Source: an uncultured Bacilli bacterium (lineage in GTDB: Bacteria; Bacillota_I; Bacilli_A; RF39; UBA660). Taken from it: a DNA stretch of 64,000 nt. Numbering within the stretch: position 1 is the stretch's first letter; every line of letters starts with the position of its first letter. Positions 1 to 9,239 of this stretch are shown here, piece by piece. The notes beneath the pieces are model-generated. The model worked only from the letters and a program-made list of their open reading frames with translations. It searched no databases and was not told the DNA's origin. Made by a program: the position numbers and the translations under genes. Where the stretch lies: assembly GCA_934120635.1 (NCBI GenBank), contig CAKOUR010000001.1, forward strand, positions 60,696 to 124,695. Reading direction: 5' to 3'.

Positions 1-2
1 AC

Positions 3-230
3 TTTAAAGAAAAAACTACAAGCAAGTATGAATTTGAACTATTACAATATTTAAAAGATAATAACTTAATTATAGAAAGTCCTTATAATGGAATTCTTGC
101 TGAGTTTGATTTATTAATAGCGTCTCAATTAATTATATATTATTTTGGAAAAAGAATGGATATCGATGTATCTAAACCAAAATATTCAGAAGAAGCCATG
201 AAAATATATTTTTATAATGGTGATTTATAA
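3..230 (+). CDS. 3' end of an unidentified protein-coding gene (partial at window edge)
   Basis: Open frame from the window start to TAA at 228-230, translating to ...FKEKTTSKYEFELLQYLKDNNLIIESPYNGILAEFDLLIASQLIIYYFGKRMDIDVSKPKYSEEAMKIYFYNGDL. A hairpin terminator follows it. No recognisable domain. Confidence 0.3.
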   Translation, partial: FKEKTTSKYEFELLQYLKDNNLIIESPYNGILAEFDLLIASQLIIYYFGKRMDIDVSKPKYSEEAMKIYFYNGDL

Positions 231-244
231 AAAATATACAAGTA

Positions 245-285
245 AAATACTGATATAGACATTTAATCTTTATCAGTATTTTTAT
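245..285 (+). terminator. Hairpin terminator built from an inverted pair of the AAATACTGATA / TATCAGTATTT repeat, followed by a T-run
   Basis: aaatactgata (245-255) is separated by 15 nt from tatcagtattt (271-281), then ttttatt. Confidence 0.45.
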
Positions 286-325
286 TAAATATGTGTTATG
301 ATATTAGTAGTTTGGAAGTGATATC

Positions 326-2581
326 ATGAAAAAAGTTGAATTATTAAGTCCAGTAGGAAATAAAGAGATGTTATATTATGCCATCCATAATGGAGCAGAT
401 GCCGTATATTTATCAGGAAAAAATTATGGAGCAAGAAAATTTGCAAGTAACTTTACCAATGAAGAATTAATTGAGGCCATCAATTATGCGCATACTTATG
501 GGGTAAAAGTCTATGTAACCGTAAATACCTTAACGTATGAAGAAGAATTAGATTCTATTTTAGAATATATTGGTTTTTTATATCAAAACCAAGTAGATGC
601 CCTTATCATCCAAGATATCGGTTTAATTAAAAAAGTAAGAGAATATTATCCTAATCTAGAACTTCATGCCTCTACCCAATGTCATACCAATAACAAAGAA
701 GCAGCTTCTTTCTTTCAAAAATTAGGATTAAAAAGAGTCGTTTTAGCAAGAGAGATGTCTCTAGAAGAAATCAAGAAAATTGATATTCCTATCGAAAAAG
801 AAGTATTTGTTTATGGTGCCTTATGTGTATGTTATTCTGGCTGTTGTCTTTTCAGTAGCCTAAATGGAGGTAGAAGTGGTAACCGAGGAGAATGTGTTGG
901 CAGTTGCCGTTTGCCTTACCAATTAATAAAGAATAATGAAGTCGTAAAAACAGATGGTCAGTACCTTTTAAGTACCAAAGAACTAAATACACTCCCTAAC
1001 TTAAAAGAACTATTAGATGCTAATATTGACAGTTTAAAAATAGAAGGAAGAATGAAATCTCCATCTTATGTTGGTTATGTCACTAGATTATATCGAACCC
1101 TAATTGATAAATATTACAATAATGAACCATTAACTTTAACTAAAGAAGAACAAATCAACTTAAAAAAACTATACAATCGTGAATTTACCAAAGGATATCT
1201 TTTTCATGAGTCAGATATTATGAATATCAAAACCCCTAATCATCAAGGAATTCCAGTAGGTAAAGTTCTTTCTACTACTAAAGATAAAATAAAAATTAAA
1301 GTTACCAATGATTCCCTAAATCAAGGAGATGGAATAAGATTTCAAAATAATAACACAGGAATGATGATTAATCGTCTTTATGATGATAAAAGTCTTTTAA
1401 AAAACAGTATCTCATCTCCTCATATTGCCTATGTAGAGAATACCAAACATATTCATGGAGAAGATATAATCTTAAAAACAACAGACTTTAAATTAACCAA
1501 ATCTCTAGAACAAGTAACGGAGAAAAAAATACCTGTAGATATCTATTTTGAAGCAAGAAAAAATAAACAAATGTCTATTACAATCAAAGATGATAAAAAT
1601 AAAGTAGAAGTACTAGGAGATACTCCAGAACTAGCAATAAATAGAAGTACCACGCAAGAAGAAGTAGAACACCAATTAAACAAACTAGGCAATACCCCTT
1701 ATAAAGCATCATTCATAGAAGTAAATATAGATACCAATCTTTTTATCAATATTAAATCAATCAATGAATTAAGAAGAAAAGCAGTCCAAGAATTAACAAG
1801 TAAAAGAATTCATCCCCATCAAATTTCTTCTCCTTCTTATACTAAGAAACAATCCACAACCCTAGATAAATATCCATCCCAAGATAAAATAAATATCAGT
1901 ATTTTAACCAGAAATGAAACCCAGTTAAAATGTGCTTTAGAAAATCAAATAGACACAATCTATACCACGGACTATAACCTATACAATACTTATAAAGATT
2001 ACAACAACATTTATTATCGCTTACCAAGAATAATAAATACTCATCCCAATTTAGAAAATGAGAATCTACTTATCACAGAAATTGGCAGTCTAAATCATTA
2101 TCAAAAGAATAATCATTTAATTAGTGATTATACTCTGAACATTACCAATCATAACTCAATCGAATTATTAACCAAAAATAATGTTAAAAAAGTAACACTA
2201 TCTGTTGAACTAACGGATAATCAAATAAAAAATATCATGAAAACAAACTATCCAGCCGAATTAATTATCTATGGTAGATTAGAACTCATGGTCATGAAAT
2301 ATTGCCCTTTAAAAAAATGTCTAAATTACTGCAAAAATTGTAAAAATAGCAAAGATAAATTCTACTTAGAAGATAAAGAAAAAAATCGTTACCCCATGCT
2401 AAGAGAAAACTGTATTACTCATATCTTACACAAGAATATAACCAACAAAATTCCTAATATTTCAAATTATATTTCTTACGGAATTAAAAATTTTAGAATA
2501 GAACTTTTTGATGAGGATTATAATGAAGTAGAGAATTTAATAAAGAAATTAAGAGAGGAGATACAAAAGTGCAAAAGGTAA
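326..2581 (+). CDS. U32 family peptidase (collagenase-like, with C-terminal extension domain)
   Basis: N-terminus MKKVELLSPVGN...AIHNGADAVYLSG and Cys-rich motifs (GALCVCYSGCCLFSSL, ECVGSCRLPY) are typical of the U32 peptidase family. RBS ggaagtga lies 5 nt before the ATG. 751 aa matches the long U32 forms that carry a C-terminal DUF3656-like domain. Confidence 0.8.
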   Translation: MKKVELLSPVGNKEMLYYAIHNGADAVYLSGKNYGARKFASNFTNEELIEAINYAHTYGVKVYVTVNTLTYEEELDSILEYIGFLYQNQVDALIIQDIGLIKKVREYYPNLELHASTQCHTNNKEAASFFQKLGLKRVVLAREMSLEEIKKIDIPIEKEVFVYGALCVCYSGCCLFSSLNGGRSGNRGECVGSCRLPYQLIKNNEVVKTDGQYLLSTKELNTLPNLKELLDANIDSLKIEGRMKSPSYVGYVTRLYRTLIDKYYNNEPLTLTKEEQINLKKLYNREFTKGYLFHESDIMNIKTPNHQGIPVGKVLSTTKDKIKIKVTNDSLNQGDGIRFQNNNTGMMINRLYDDKSLLKNSISSPHIAYVENTKHIHGEDIILKTTDFKLTKSLEQVTEKKIPVDIYFEARKNKQMSITIKDDKNKVEVLGDTPELAINRSTTQEEVEHQLNKLGNTPYKASFIEVNIDTNLFINIKSINELRRKAVQELTSKRIHPHQISSPSYTKKQSTTLDKYPSQDKINISILTRNETQLKCALENQIDTIYTTDYNLYNTYKDYNNIYYRLPRIINTHPNLENENLLITEIGSLNHYQKNNHLISDYTLNITNHNSIELLTKNNVKKVTLSVELTDNQIKNIMKTNYPAELIIYGRLELMVMKYCPLKKCLNYCKNCKNSKDKFYLEDKEKNRYPMLRENCITHILHKNITNKIPNISNYISYGIKNFRIELFDEDYNEVENLIKKLREEIQKCKR

Positions 2582-3210
2582 AGATTCCCAAATATAGTTT
2601 ATCAGAAGAATTAATTAATGCAATTAGCCATGGAATAGGAGCAGGCTTAAGTATAGCGGCTCTAGTCTTATTAATTGTTCACTCCAAAAATGTTATTAGT
2701 ATTTTATCTTCCATTACTTATGGAGTATCCTTAATTGTTTTATACACTATCTCTTGTATCTATCACAGCCTAAGTCCTAAATTAACGGGTAAAAAAGTAT
2801 TAAGAGTAATTGATCACTGTAACGTTTTACTTCTAGAAGCAGGAACTTATACCCCTATTTGCACTTGCCTAATCAAAGGAAAACTAGGTCTATCTCTTCT
2901 TATCATAATTTGGGTAATTAGTATTATCGCTATTGTAGCAAACGCGATTGATGTAGATAAATATCAAGGACTGTCCGTAGTATGTCATTTAGCTATGGGG
3001 TGGGGCATCCTTCTTTTCTATCCTCTTCTAAAAACCCTTTGCCCTACAGTAGGTCTTATCTATCTAATTTTAGGAGGCGTTATGTACACCATTGGTGCCA
3101 TTCTCTATGGATTAGGTGCCAAGAAAAAATACATGCATTCTATCTTCCACTTCTTTGTTCTAGCAGGTAGTATCTTCCATTTCTTTATGATTTATTTATA
3201 TGTAATTTAA
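2569..3210 (+). CDS. Hemolysin-III / PAQR family membrane protein
   Basis: Motif EELINAISHGIGAGLSIAALVLLIV followed by 7 predicted TM helices with conserved His residues. GTG start with RBS gagaggag 8 nt upstream. Overlaps the U32 gene by 13 nt, which suggests translational coupling. Confidence 0.75.
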   Translation: MQKVKIPKYSLSEELINAISHGIGAGLSIAALVLLIVHSKNVISILSSITYGVSLIVLYTISCIYHSLSPKLTGKKVLRVIDHCNVLLLEAGTYTPICTCLIKGKLGLSLLIIIWVISIIAIVANAIDVDKYQGLSVVCHLAMGWGILLFYPLLKTLCPTVGLIYLILGGVMYTIGAILYGLGAKKKYMHSIFHFFVLAGSIFHFFMIYLYVI

Positions 3211-3224
3211 TTTTTTAGATTTGA

Positions 3225-3394
3225 AAAATACTGATAGAGACCCTTCTTTTCATATTTCTAATTTTAATAATATCTATTTTATGATAAGAAAGTTTAAAAT
3301 ACTAAATTTAAATAAACATATATTTTATAAAAGATAGAAAAATCATCCCTAGATTAATCTATCTTTTTTTGCTAATTTTTTATCAGTATTTTTT
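3225..3394. repeat. About 170-bp intergenic element bounded by an inverted pair of the AAAATACTGATAGA / TATCAGTATTTTTT repeat (MITE-like or REP-like)
   Basis: Left arm aaaatactgataga is at 3225-3238. Right arm tatcagtatttttt is at 3381-3394. An internal 10-bp palindrome agattaatct is present. The arms are the same motif family seen at 245, 18147 and 22647. Confidence 0.35.
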
Positions 3395-3471
3395 GTAAAT
3401 AACAATCTTTTAGTAGCAAAAATTGTCGATATTTGCTATAATGGGGGTAAGAATGGAAAGGAGTATAAAAT

Positions 3472-6069
3472 ATGCAAAAAAATTCAAGAAAAAATCTAAT
3501 TTTAAAATGTGTTGCGCTTGGAATCGTATGTAGCTTTACTCCTCATGTATATGCCCTAACAGGAAGTGTATACTGTCCAGATGATAATTCTCCCTTAACA
3601 ATAAGAAACACTCCTGGAGGAACGGTTTCAACAAAAGCTTCTTGTGGAAGTAAACTAAATATCCTAGAGCAAAATGCAGGAAAAACAGTAAGTTGTGATA
3701 ATTGGCATAAAGTAGAATACAATGGGAAAACAGGTTATGCTTGCGGCAAATATGTAAAAATAGATAACAGTACTTATGAAAAAGGCAAAACACTTTGTAT
3801 TGAAGATAATTCTCCATTAAATATTTGGTCAGATATCAAAAAAACAAAAAAATTAAAATCATTATCCTGTGGAACAGAAATGAATATTATTGAAAAAAAT
3901 GTTGCCAATAATTCCAAATGTTCTAACTGGTATAAAGTAGAATCAGGTGGAACAAATGGCTATGCCTGTGGCAAATATGTTGGCAGTACAAGTTCAAATA
4001 ACAATACCTCTTCTAACGTTAATGTCGGAAAATCAACAACAGGAGATAATATTTATCAAAAGTCAAACTATGACAAAAGATACAACGATGGAGTTGCCGT
4101 TTGCTATGAAGATACAGGAGATGTTTCCCTAAAATCAGAAGCTGGAAGTGGAACGACAACAGGAAAGTTATCCTGTGGACAAAATGTTAAAATCAATAAC
4201 ATTAAAGAAAGTAGTGGAAAATGTGGCTATTACTACAACGTAACCACAGAAAAAAACGAAACTGGTTGGGCTTGTGGATACTTTATCAACACGACCAATT
4301 TATCTTCTACCGCAAAAAATTATTATTCCACCAAGGAAAGTCTTGAAAAGTATTATACAACCCTAAAAAACAAAGGATTTCCTGACAGCTATTTACCATA
4401 TTTAGCAGAAATTCACGCAAGACACCCAAATTGGAATTTTGATGCGGAAAAAATAAATTTAAACTTTGAAGATGTAGTAAATAACGAATCTTATAATGGA
4501 AGAAGTTTATTACAAGGATCAGCATTCAATGAAAATTATCGTTCCATGGACTTAAATACTTATGATATCTTATCCAATTCATTTAGAGATTATGCAACAG
4601 AAAAAGGCTGGTACAATGCATCAAGTGAAGCCATAGCTTTCTATCTTGATCCAAGAAATTATTTAAATGAAAAATATATCTTTGCTTTTGAAACCCTAAA
4701 TTATAGCAGTTATCATGATGCTAGTACCGTTTCCAAAATCTTATCTAATCAAAGTTTTTGGCCATCTATCTATAGCAAATACCAAGGAAATGTCCAAGAT
4801 GATATCGTAAAAGCAACAAAAGAAATAGGCATTAGCTCTGTTCATATAGCAAGTAGAATCAGACAAGAAATTTCTGGCGTTTCCACAACTGATCCAAGAT
4901 TAGGAGGAAATTTTAATTATAATGGAACAAACTATTCTAATTATTACAATTTCTTTAATATTAATGTTTATGGAACGAATAAAATTTTAAATGGAATGAT
5001 CTATGCTCTAAATCATGGTTGGAATACCCCATACAACGGAATCTATGGAGGAAGTAATTTTATTTATAGCAATTATGTAAAAAACAATCAAGATACCATG
5101 TATTATGAAAAATTTGATGTATCTAGACCAAATATTAATTATACCCACCAATATATGCAAAATTTAGCAGCCTCTATTCAAGAAACTAACACTACTTATA
5201 ATTCTTATCTTAATTTAGGAAACTATATCTCAAAAGAAATTACTTTCACTATTCCAGTATATAATAATATGAGTGAAACCGCTGTTACTTCTCCAAGATT
5301 AGGAAATCCAAATAACTATCTAAAAGATTTAAAAGTAAATAATCTAACCATAAGTGGCTTTAATTATGATAAATATAATTATGAAATCACCTTACCAGCA
5401 GGTACTAATTCTATAAATATCAATGCCACTAGAATATCAGATAAGTCAACTGTTGATGGAACAGGAGAAGTAAAAATTACTTCAGATGACCAAACCATTA
5501 ATGTTATTGTAACAGCAGAAAACACAAGAACAAGAACTTATCAAATTAAAGTAAAAAGAACCACAAATAATAATCAAACTCCAGGAAATAATGGAAATAA
5601 TAATAATGGAAATAATAATCAAGAAAATAATAATATCATTAGTATTCCAAATATTATAAATAAAAGTGGCGTAAAATATAACGACAACTATATCTTTGGC
5701 ATCAATCCAAATACCAATGTTGATAGCCTAATTAATAATATTAAACAAGTAAATCAAGTAGTTAGTGTTAGTATAAAGGATAAAAATGGAAACCCTAAAT
5801 CAGGAACATTTAAAACAGGGGATATCATTACTATTAATAATTCTAAAGAAACAAAAGAATATCAAGTTTTAATTTATGGAGATATTAATGGTGATGGAAA
5901 AATAGATAAAGATGATTGTCTAGCTATCTTAAGACAAATAAATGGTTATACAACTTATAACGGAGTTTATAGAAAAGCTGCCGACGCTAATAAAGATGGA
6001 AAAGTAGATAAAGATGATTGTTTAGCTATCTTAAGACAATTAAATGGCTATACAAATTTAAATAGTTAG
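3472..6069 (+). CDS. Secreted peptidoglycan hydrolase: signal peptide, four Cys-containing SH3b-like repeats, Atl-type GH73 N-acetylglucosaminidase domain, cadherin-like beta-sandwich domain and C-terminal type-I dockerin
   Basis: Signal peptide MQKNSRKNLILKCVALGIVCSF. Four repeats of the form ...IRNTPGG...SC...NWHKVEYNGKTGYACGKYV. The central region aligns in order with the Staphylococcus Atl glucosaminidase domain (AFYLDPRNYL, HIASRIRQEISG as the LETG-like catalytic region, GGSNFIYSNYVKNNQDTMYY). Cadherin-like segment NLKDLKVNNLTISGFNYDKYNYEITLPAGT...YQIKVKR. Two dockerin Ca-binding repeats DINGDGKIDKDDCLAILRQ and DANKDGKVDKDDCLAILRQ. Confidence 0.7.
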   Translation: MQKNSRKNLILKCVALGIVCSFTPHVYALTGSVYCPDDNSPLTIRNTPGGTVSTKASCGSKLNILEQNAGKTVSCDNWHKVEYNGKTGYACGKYVKIDNSTYEKGKTLCIEDNSPLNIWSDIKKTKKLKSLSCGTEMNIIEKNVANNSKCSNWYKVESGGTNGYACGKYVGSTSSNNNTSSNVNVGKSTTGDNIYQKSNYDKRYNDGVAVCYEDTGDVSLKSEAGSGTTTGKLSCGQNVKINNIKESSGKCGYYYNVTTEKNETGWACGYFINTTNLSSTAKNYYSTKESLEKYYTTLKNKGFPDSYLPYLAEIHARHPNWNFDAEKINLNFEDVVNNESYNGRSLLQGSAFNENYRSMDLNTYDILSNSFRDYATEKGWYNASSEAIAFYLDPRNYLNEKYIFAFETLNYSSYHDASTVSKILSNQSFWPSIYSKYQGNVQDDIVKATKEIGISSVHIASRIRQEISGVSTTDPRLGGNFNYNGTNYSNYYNFFNINVYGTNKILNGMIYALNHGWNTPYNGIYGGSNFIYSNYVKNNQDTMYYEKFDVSRPNINYTHQYMQNLAASIQETNTTYNSYLNLGNYISKEITFTIPVYNNMSETAVTSPRLGNPNNYLKDLKVNNLTISGFNYDKYNYEITLPAGTNSININATRISDKSTVDGTGEVKITSDDQTINVIVTAENTRTRTYQIKVKRTTNNNQTPGNNGNNNNGNNNQENNNIISIPNIINKSGVKYNDNYIFGINPNTNVDSLINNIKQVNQVVSVSIKDKNGNPKSGTFKTGDIITINNSKETKEYQVLIYGDINGDGKIDKDDCLAILRQINGYTTYNGVYRKAADANKDGKVDKDDCLAILRQLNGYTNLNS

Positions 6070-6077
6070 GAGAAAAA

Positions 6078-7364
6078 ATGAATAAAAAAGGACTTAAATT
6101 ATTAATAGCAACTTTGGCAATAGTTATAGGAACAAAACAAGTACACGCTTCCAGTGTTTCAATTAGCCCCAGTCAAAGTAGCATTACTAAGGGAAATATT
6201 GTTAAAATAACAGTAAGAGTAAACTCAGATGGTGGTATTTACACAATAGGAGGAAGTGCTTCCTGTAATGGAGCAGGATCATCAGGAGGAACAGACTTAC
6301 ATTTTGAAGATTTAAATACCAGTGCTAAATCAAAAACATTTTCATTTAATATAAAACCAACTACAACAGGAACAATTACTTGTACGACATCAAATGTTTC
6401 CATTAGAGAATTAAGCAAAGAATCGGAATATGCCTTAAATAATGCTTCTACCACAATTAATGTAGTAGAGCCTGCTAAAGTTACCCCCAAAGAATATGAC
6501 TCTAACAATAACTTAAAATCATTAACGGTTGATGGTCAAAGTATAGAACCAGCATTTAACAAAGATACAACTGAGTATAAATTATCTCTTGACCAATCTG
6601 TTGAAAAAATAAATGTTCAAGCATCAGCAGAAAGTGGTAAAGCATCCGTATCGGGAACCGGAGAAAAAACATTATCTCAAGGAGAAAATACCATTGAAGT
6701 TAAAGTAACCGCTGAAAATGGAAATGAAAAAGTATATAAAATTATTGTTACCGTAGAAGATAAACATCCTATTTCAGTAAAGATTGGCAAAAATACTTAT
6801 ACAGTAGTGAAAAAAAATAATAATCTAATCGATAAATTAGAAAATTATGAAGAAGTAACGATTAAAATAGATGATCAAGATGTTATAGCTTATAAAAATA
6901 ATAAAACAAAAGTATTACTAGTTATCCTAAAAGATAAAGATAACAAACTAGCATACTATACTTATAACGAACAAACCAAAAAATATGAAGAATATCATTA
7001 TATCAAAGTAGGAAACATAACCTTACAAATTCTTCCCTCAAAAACTCCAGAAAAATATACAAAAGATAAACTTAAAATTCAAAATCAAACCATTGATTAC
7101 TATAAAATCAGTAAAAAAAATAAAATAGGCTTAATTTATGGAACAAACATCAAAACAGGAAATACAGACTATTATGTCTATGATACTGAAGAAGAAACAT
7201 TGAGTAGATATTATAATCCCGAAGTAAAAGTTTACAAACAAGAATTAAAACAATTAAAAGAATACACCATGATAGTAATCGGAGTAATTGCCTTCTTAAG
7301 TATTATTGTCATTATTTGCTCCTTACAAAAAGGAAAGAAGAAGAAACATTTAAGAACAATGTAA
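6078..7364 (+). CDS. Cell-surface protein with signal peptide, possible N-terminal cohesin-like beta-sandwich module, cadherin-like beta-sandwich domain and C-terminal TM anchor
   Basis: Signal peptide MNKKGLKLLIATLAIVIGTKQVHA. The cadherin-like domain runs from NNLKSLTVDGQSIEPAFNKDTTEYKLSL to TAENGNEKVYKIIVTV. C-terminal hydrophobic helix IVIGVIAFLSIIVIICSL is followed by KGKKKK. It is separated from the upstream dockerin gene by 8 nt. Confidence 0.5.
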   Translation: MNKKGLKLLIATLAIVIGTKQVHASSVSISPSQSSITKGNIVKITVRVNSDGGIYTIGGSASCNGAGSSGGTDLHFEDLNTSAKSKTFSFNIKPTTTGTITCTTSNVSIRELSKESEYALNNASTTINVVEPAKVTPKEYDSNNNLKSLTVDGQSIEPAFNKDTTEYKLSLDQSVEKINVQASAESGKASVSGTGEKTLSQGENTIEVKVTAENGNEKVYKIIVTVEDKHPISVKIGKNTYTVVKKNNNLIDKLENYEEVTIKIDDQDVIAYKNNKTKVLLVILKDKDNKLAYYTYNEQTKKYEEYHYIKVGNITLQILPSKTPEKYTKDKLKIQNQTIDYYKISKKNKIGLIYGTNIKTGNTDYYVYDTEEETLSRYYNPEVKVYKQELKQLKEYTMIVIGVIAFLSIIVIICSLQKGKKKKHLRTM

Positions 7365-7390
7365 CTTCTTCTTTTTATATTCTAATAATT

Positions 7391-9040
7391 TTATTTTTCT
7401 CCCATTTCTAACATAATACCAGGTAAAATTTGTTTCTTTCTAGAAACAACACCTTCTAAGAAAGTTCCTTGTGTTAAATCTTCACGTTTATAAACATTCT
7501 TTAAAATATCTTCTGCTCTTTTACTATATAAAACATAAGAACCTTTCTTAATAATATCGGTAACAAATAAAGCAACAAAATAGTAATCTTCTCCATCTGC
7601 CACTTGATTTAATAAATCAACATATTCTTCTTTCTCTTCAAGAATTTCATCTGGATTTGTCGTAGAAATTTGACCAAGACCAATATGATAATTTCCAACA
7701 GGATAGTTTTTATAATCTGTATATAATACTTCTTCTTTAGTTTTTCCCTTTAATGAAGAACCAGCTTTTAACATCTCTAAGCCATAAACTTGATAATCAA
7801 CTCCAGCAATATCTGCAAGTTCTTGAACAGCCTTTCTATCAATATCTGTTGTAGTAGGAGAATTCAAGATTAAAGTATCCGATAAAATTCCCGATAACAT
7901 AAGACCAGCAATTTTTTTAGGAATATCAATATTATTCTCATGATACATAATATATAAGATTGTATTAGTACTACCAACTGGCATATTTCTAAAATTAATT
8001 GGCATATTCGTACCAATACTACCAATATTATGATGATCAACAATCTCCACAATATTTGTCTCTTCTAAACCAATAGCACTTTGTTCATAAGAATTATGAT
8101 CGACTAGAATAACATTTTTACACTTATCATAACTAACATCAGACATTCTTAAAATTCCTCTACATTTTTCATTCTCATCAATAACAGGATAATAACTAAA
8201 TCTAGTTTTATTAGCAATTTTCATAAAATCACTAACATTCTCATACTCACTAATACAAAGTACATCTTTAACATAATTAATAGTAGAAACACTATTTGCA
8301 AGATTAATCCGACGAGCCGCAATCAAAGTAGAATAAGGAGTAACAATAATATTTACTTTTTTCTCCTGAGCTAGTTTCAAATGTTCTTTCTTAATCTGAT
8401 GACCACCAGTCACGATAAGTAATTTAACCCCACTAGTAATCGCATATTCAATAACACTATGTCTATCTCCAACCATTAAAATAGAATTCATATCCAAAGG
8501 AACAGAACTAATAATAGTCGTACTCCGATAACTAGCAACCGTTAATTTTCCTTTAATATCATCATCAAATCGAAGAAGTTCCTTTCCATTAATTGCTTCC
8601 AAAATATTATTATAATTAGAATTAACAATATCAATGTTTTCATTAAATTGTTCTTTAGCAATATCTTTCATTGTAATAATACCAAGTAACTTTTTATTAT
8701 TATCTACCATAGGAATCTTGCTAATACCAGCCTCATTCATCTTATGATAAGCATCATTAATTGAGTCATATTCAGTAACACTATAATTTTTAGTATAATT
8801 TAAATCTTTAACCTTAATCTTTACATCATTTAAGAATACTGGTTCCTTTACCTCAAAATACTTAAGAGCATACTTAGTTTCTAGATTAATTCCACTAAGT
8901 ACAGCAGGAATAGCATTAACACCAAGTTCTCTCTTCAAGTGAGATAGAGCAATTGCCGCAGTAACACTATCAGTATCAGGATTACGATGTCCAAAAACAT
9001 ATACATTTTCCATATTTTCACTCCTTCTTTCGTTAACCAA
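7391..9040 (-). CDS. ppaC: Family II (Mn-dependent) inorganic pyrophosphatase with inserted CBS domain pair (CBS-PPase)
   Basis: DHH motif VYVFGHRNPDTDSVTAAIAL, CBS region, DHH signature ILVDHNSY...VDHHNIGSI and DHHA2-like C-terminus. 549 aa is typical of CBS-PPases. Confidence 0.85.
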   Translation of the reverse strand: MVNERRSENMENVYVFGHRNPDTDSVTAAIALSHLKRELGVNAIPAVLSGINLETKYALKYFEVKEPVFLNDVKIKVKDLNYTKNYSVTEYDSINDAYHKMNEAGISKIPMVDNNKKLLGIITMKDIAKEQFNENIDIVNSNYNNILEAINGKELLRFDDDIKGKLTVASYRSTTIISSVPLDMNSILMVGDRHSVIEYAITSGVKLLIVTGGHQIKKEHLKLAQEKKVNIIVTPYSTLIAARRINLANSVSTINYVKDVLCISEYENVSDFMKIANKTRFSYYPVIDENEKCRGILRMSDVSYDKCKNVILVDHNSYEQSAIGLEETNIVEIVDHHNIGSIGTNMPINFRNMPVGSTNTILYIMYHENNIDIPKKIAGLMLSGILSDTLILNSPTTTDIDRKAVQELADIAGVDYQVYGLEMLKAGSSLKGKTKEEVLYTDYKNYPVGNYHIGLGQISTTNPDEILEEKEEYVDLLNQVADGEDYYFVALFVTDIIKKGSYVLYSKRAEDILKNVYKREDLTQGTFLEGVVSRKKQILPGIMLEMGEK

Positions 9041-9185
9041 TTATATAATAATTATGTCATAAAGTAAAGATTTTTATTCATCCATGAAAATATTATTTAT
9101 AAAAATTTAATAAAAATATAAAAGTTTAAAATACTTAAATAGATTTTAAAAAATCTAAAATTAGATGTTATTAATTTTTTTGTGA

Positions 9186-9214
9186 TTGCATTATTTTTGG
9201 TATTTTGATATAAT
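9186..9214 (+). promoter_or_regulatory. Sigma-A-type promoter TTGCAT-17-(TGa)TATAAT for the first SipW-cognate-signal gene
   Basis: TTGCAT at 9186-9191, a 17-nt spacer and extended -10 tgaTATAAT at 9209-9214. It is nearly identical to the promoter at 58001-58029. Confidence 0.5.
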
Positions 9215-9239
9215 GAAAAAAATAGGAGGAGTGTAAAAA

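Noticed and set aside
2982-3170. 62-aa ORF inside the hemolysin-III gene in another frame
   Set aside because: It is fully nested within a well-supported CDS, has no RBS, and its Ser/Leu-rich composition is typical of an off-frame translation.
3536-4525. Minus-strand and alternate-frame ORFs (3536-3817, 3947-4132, 4307-4525) inside the dockerin-hydrolase gene
   Set aside because: They are antisense or out of frame to a long, domain-rich CDS. Their low-complexity translations are AT-rich frame artefacts.
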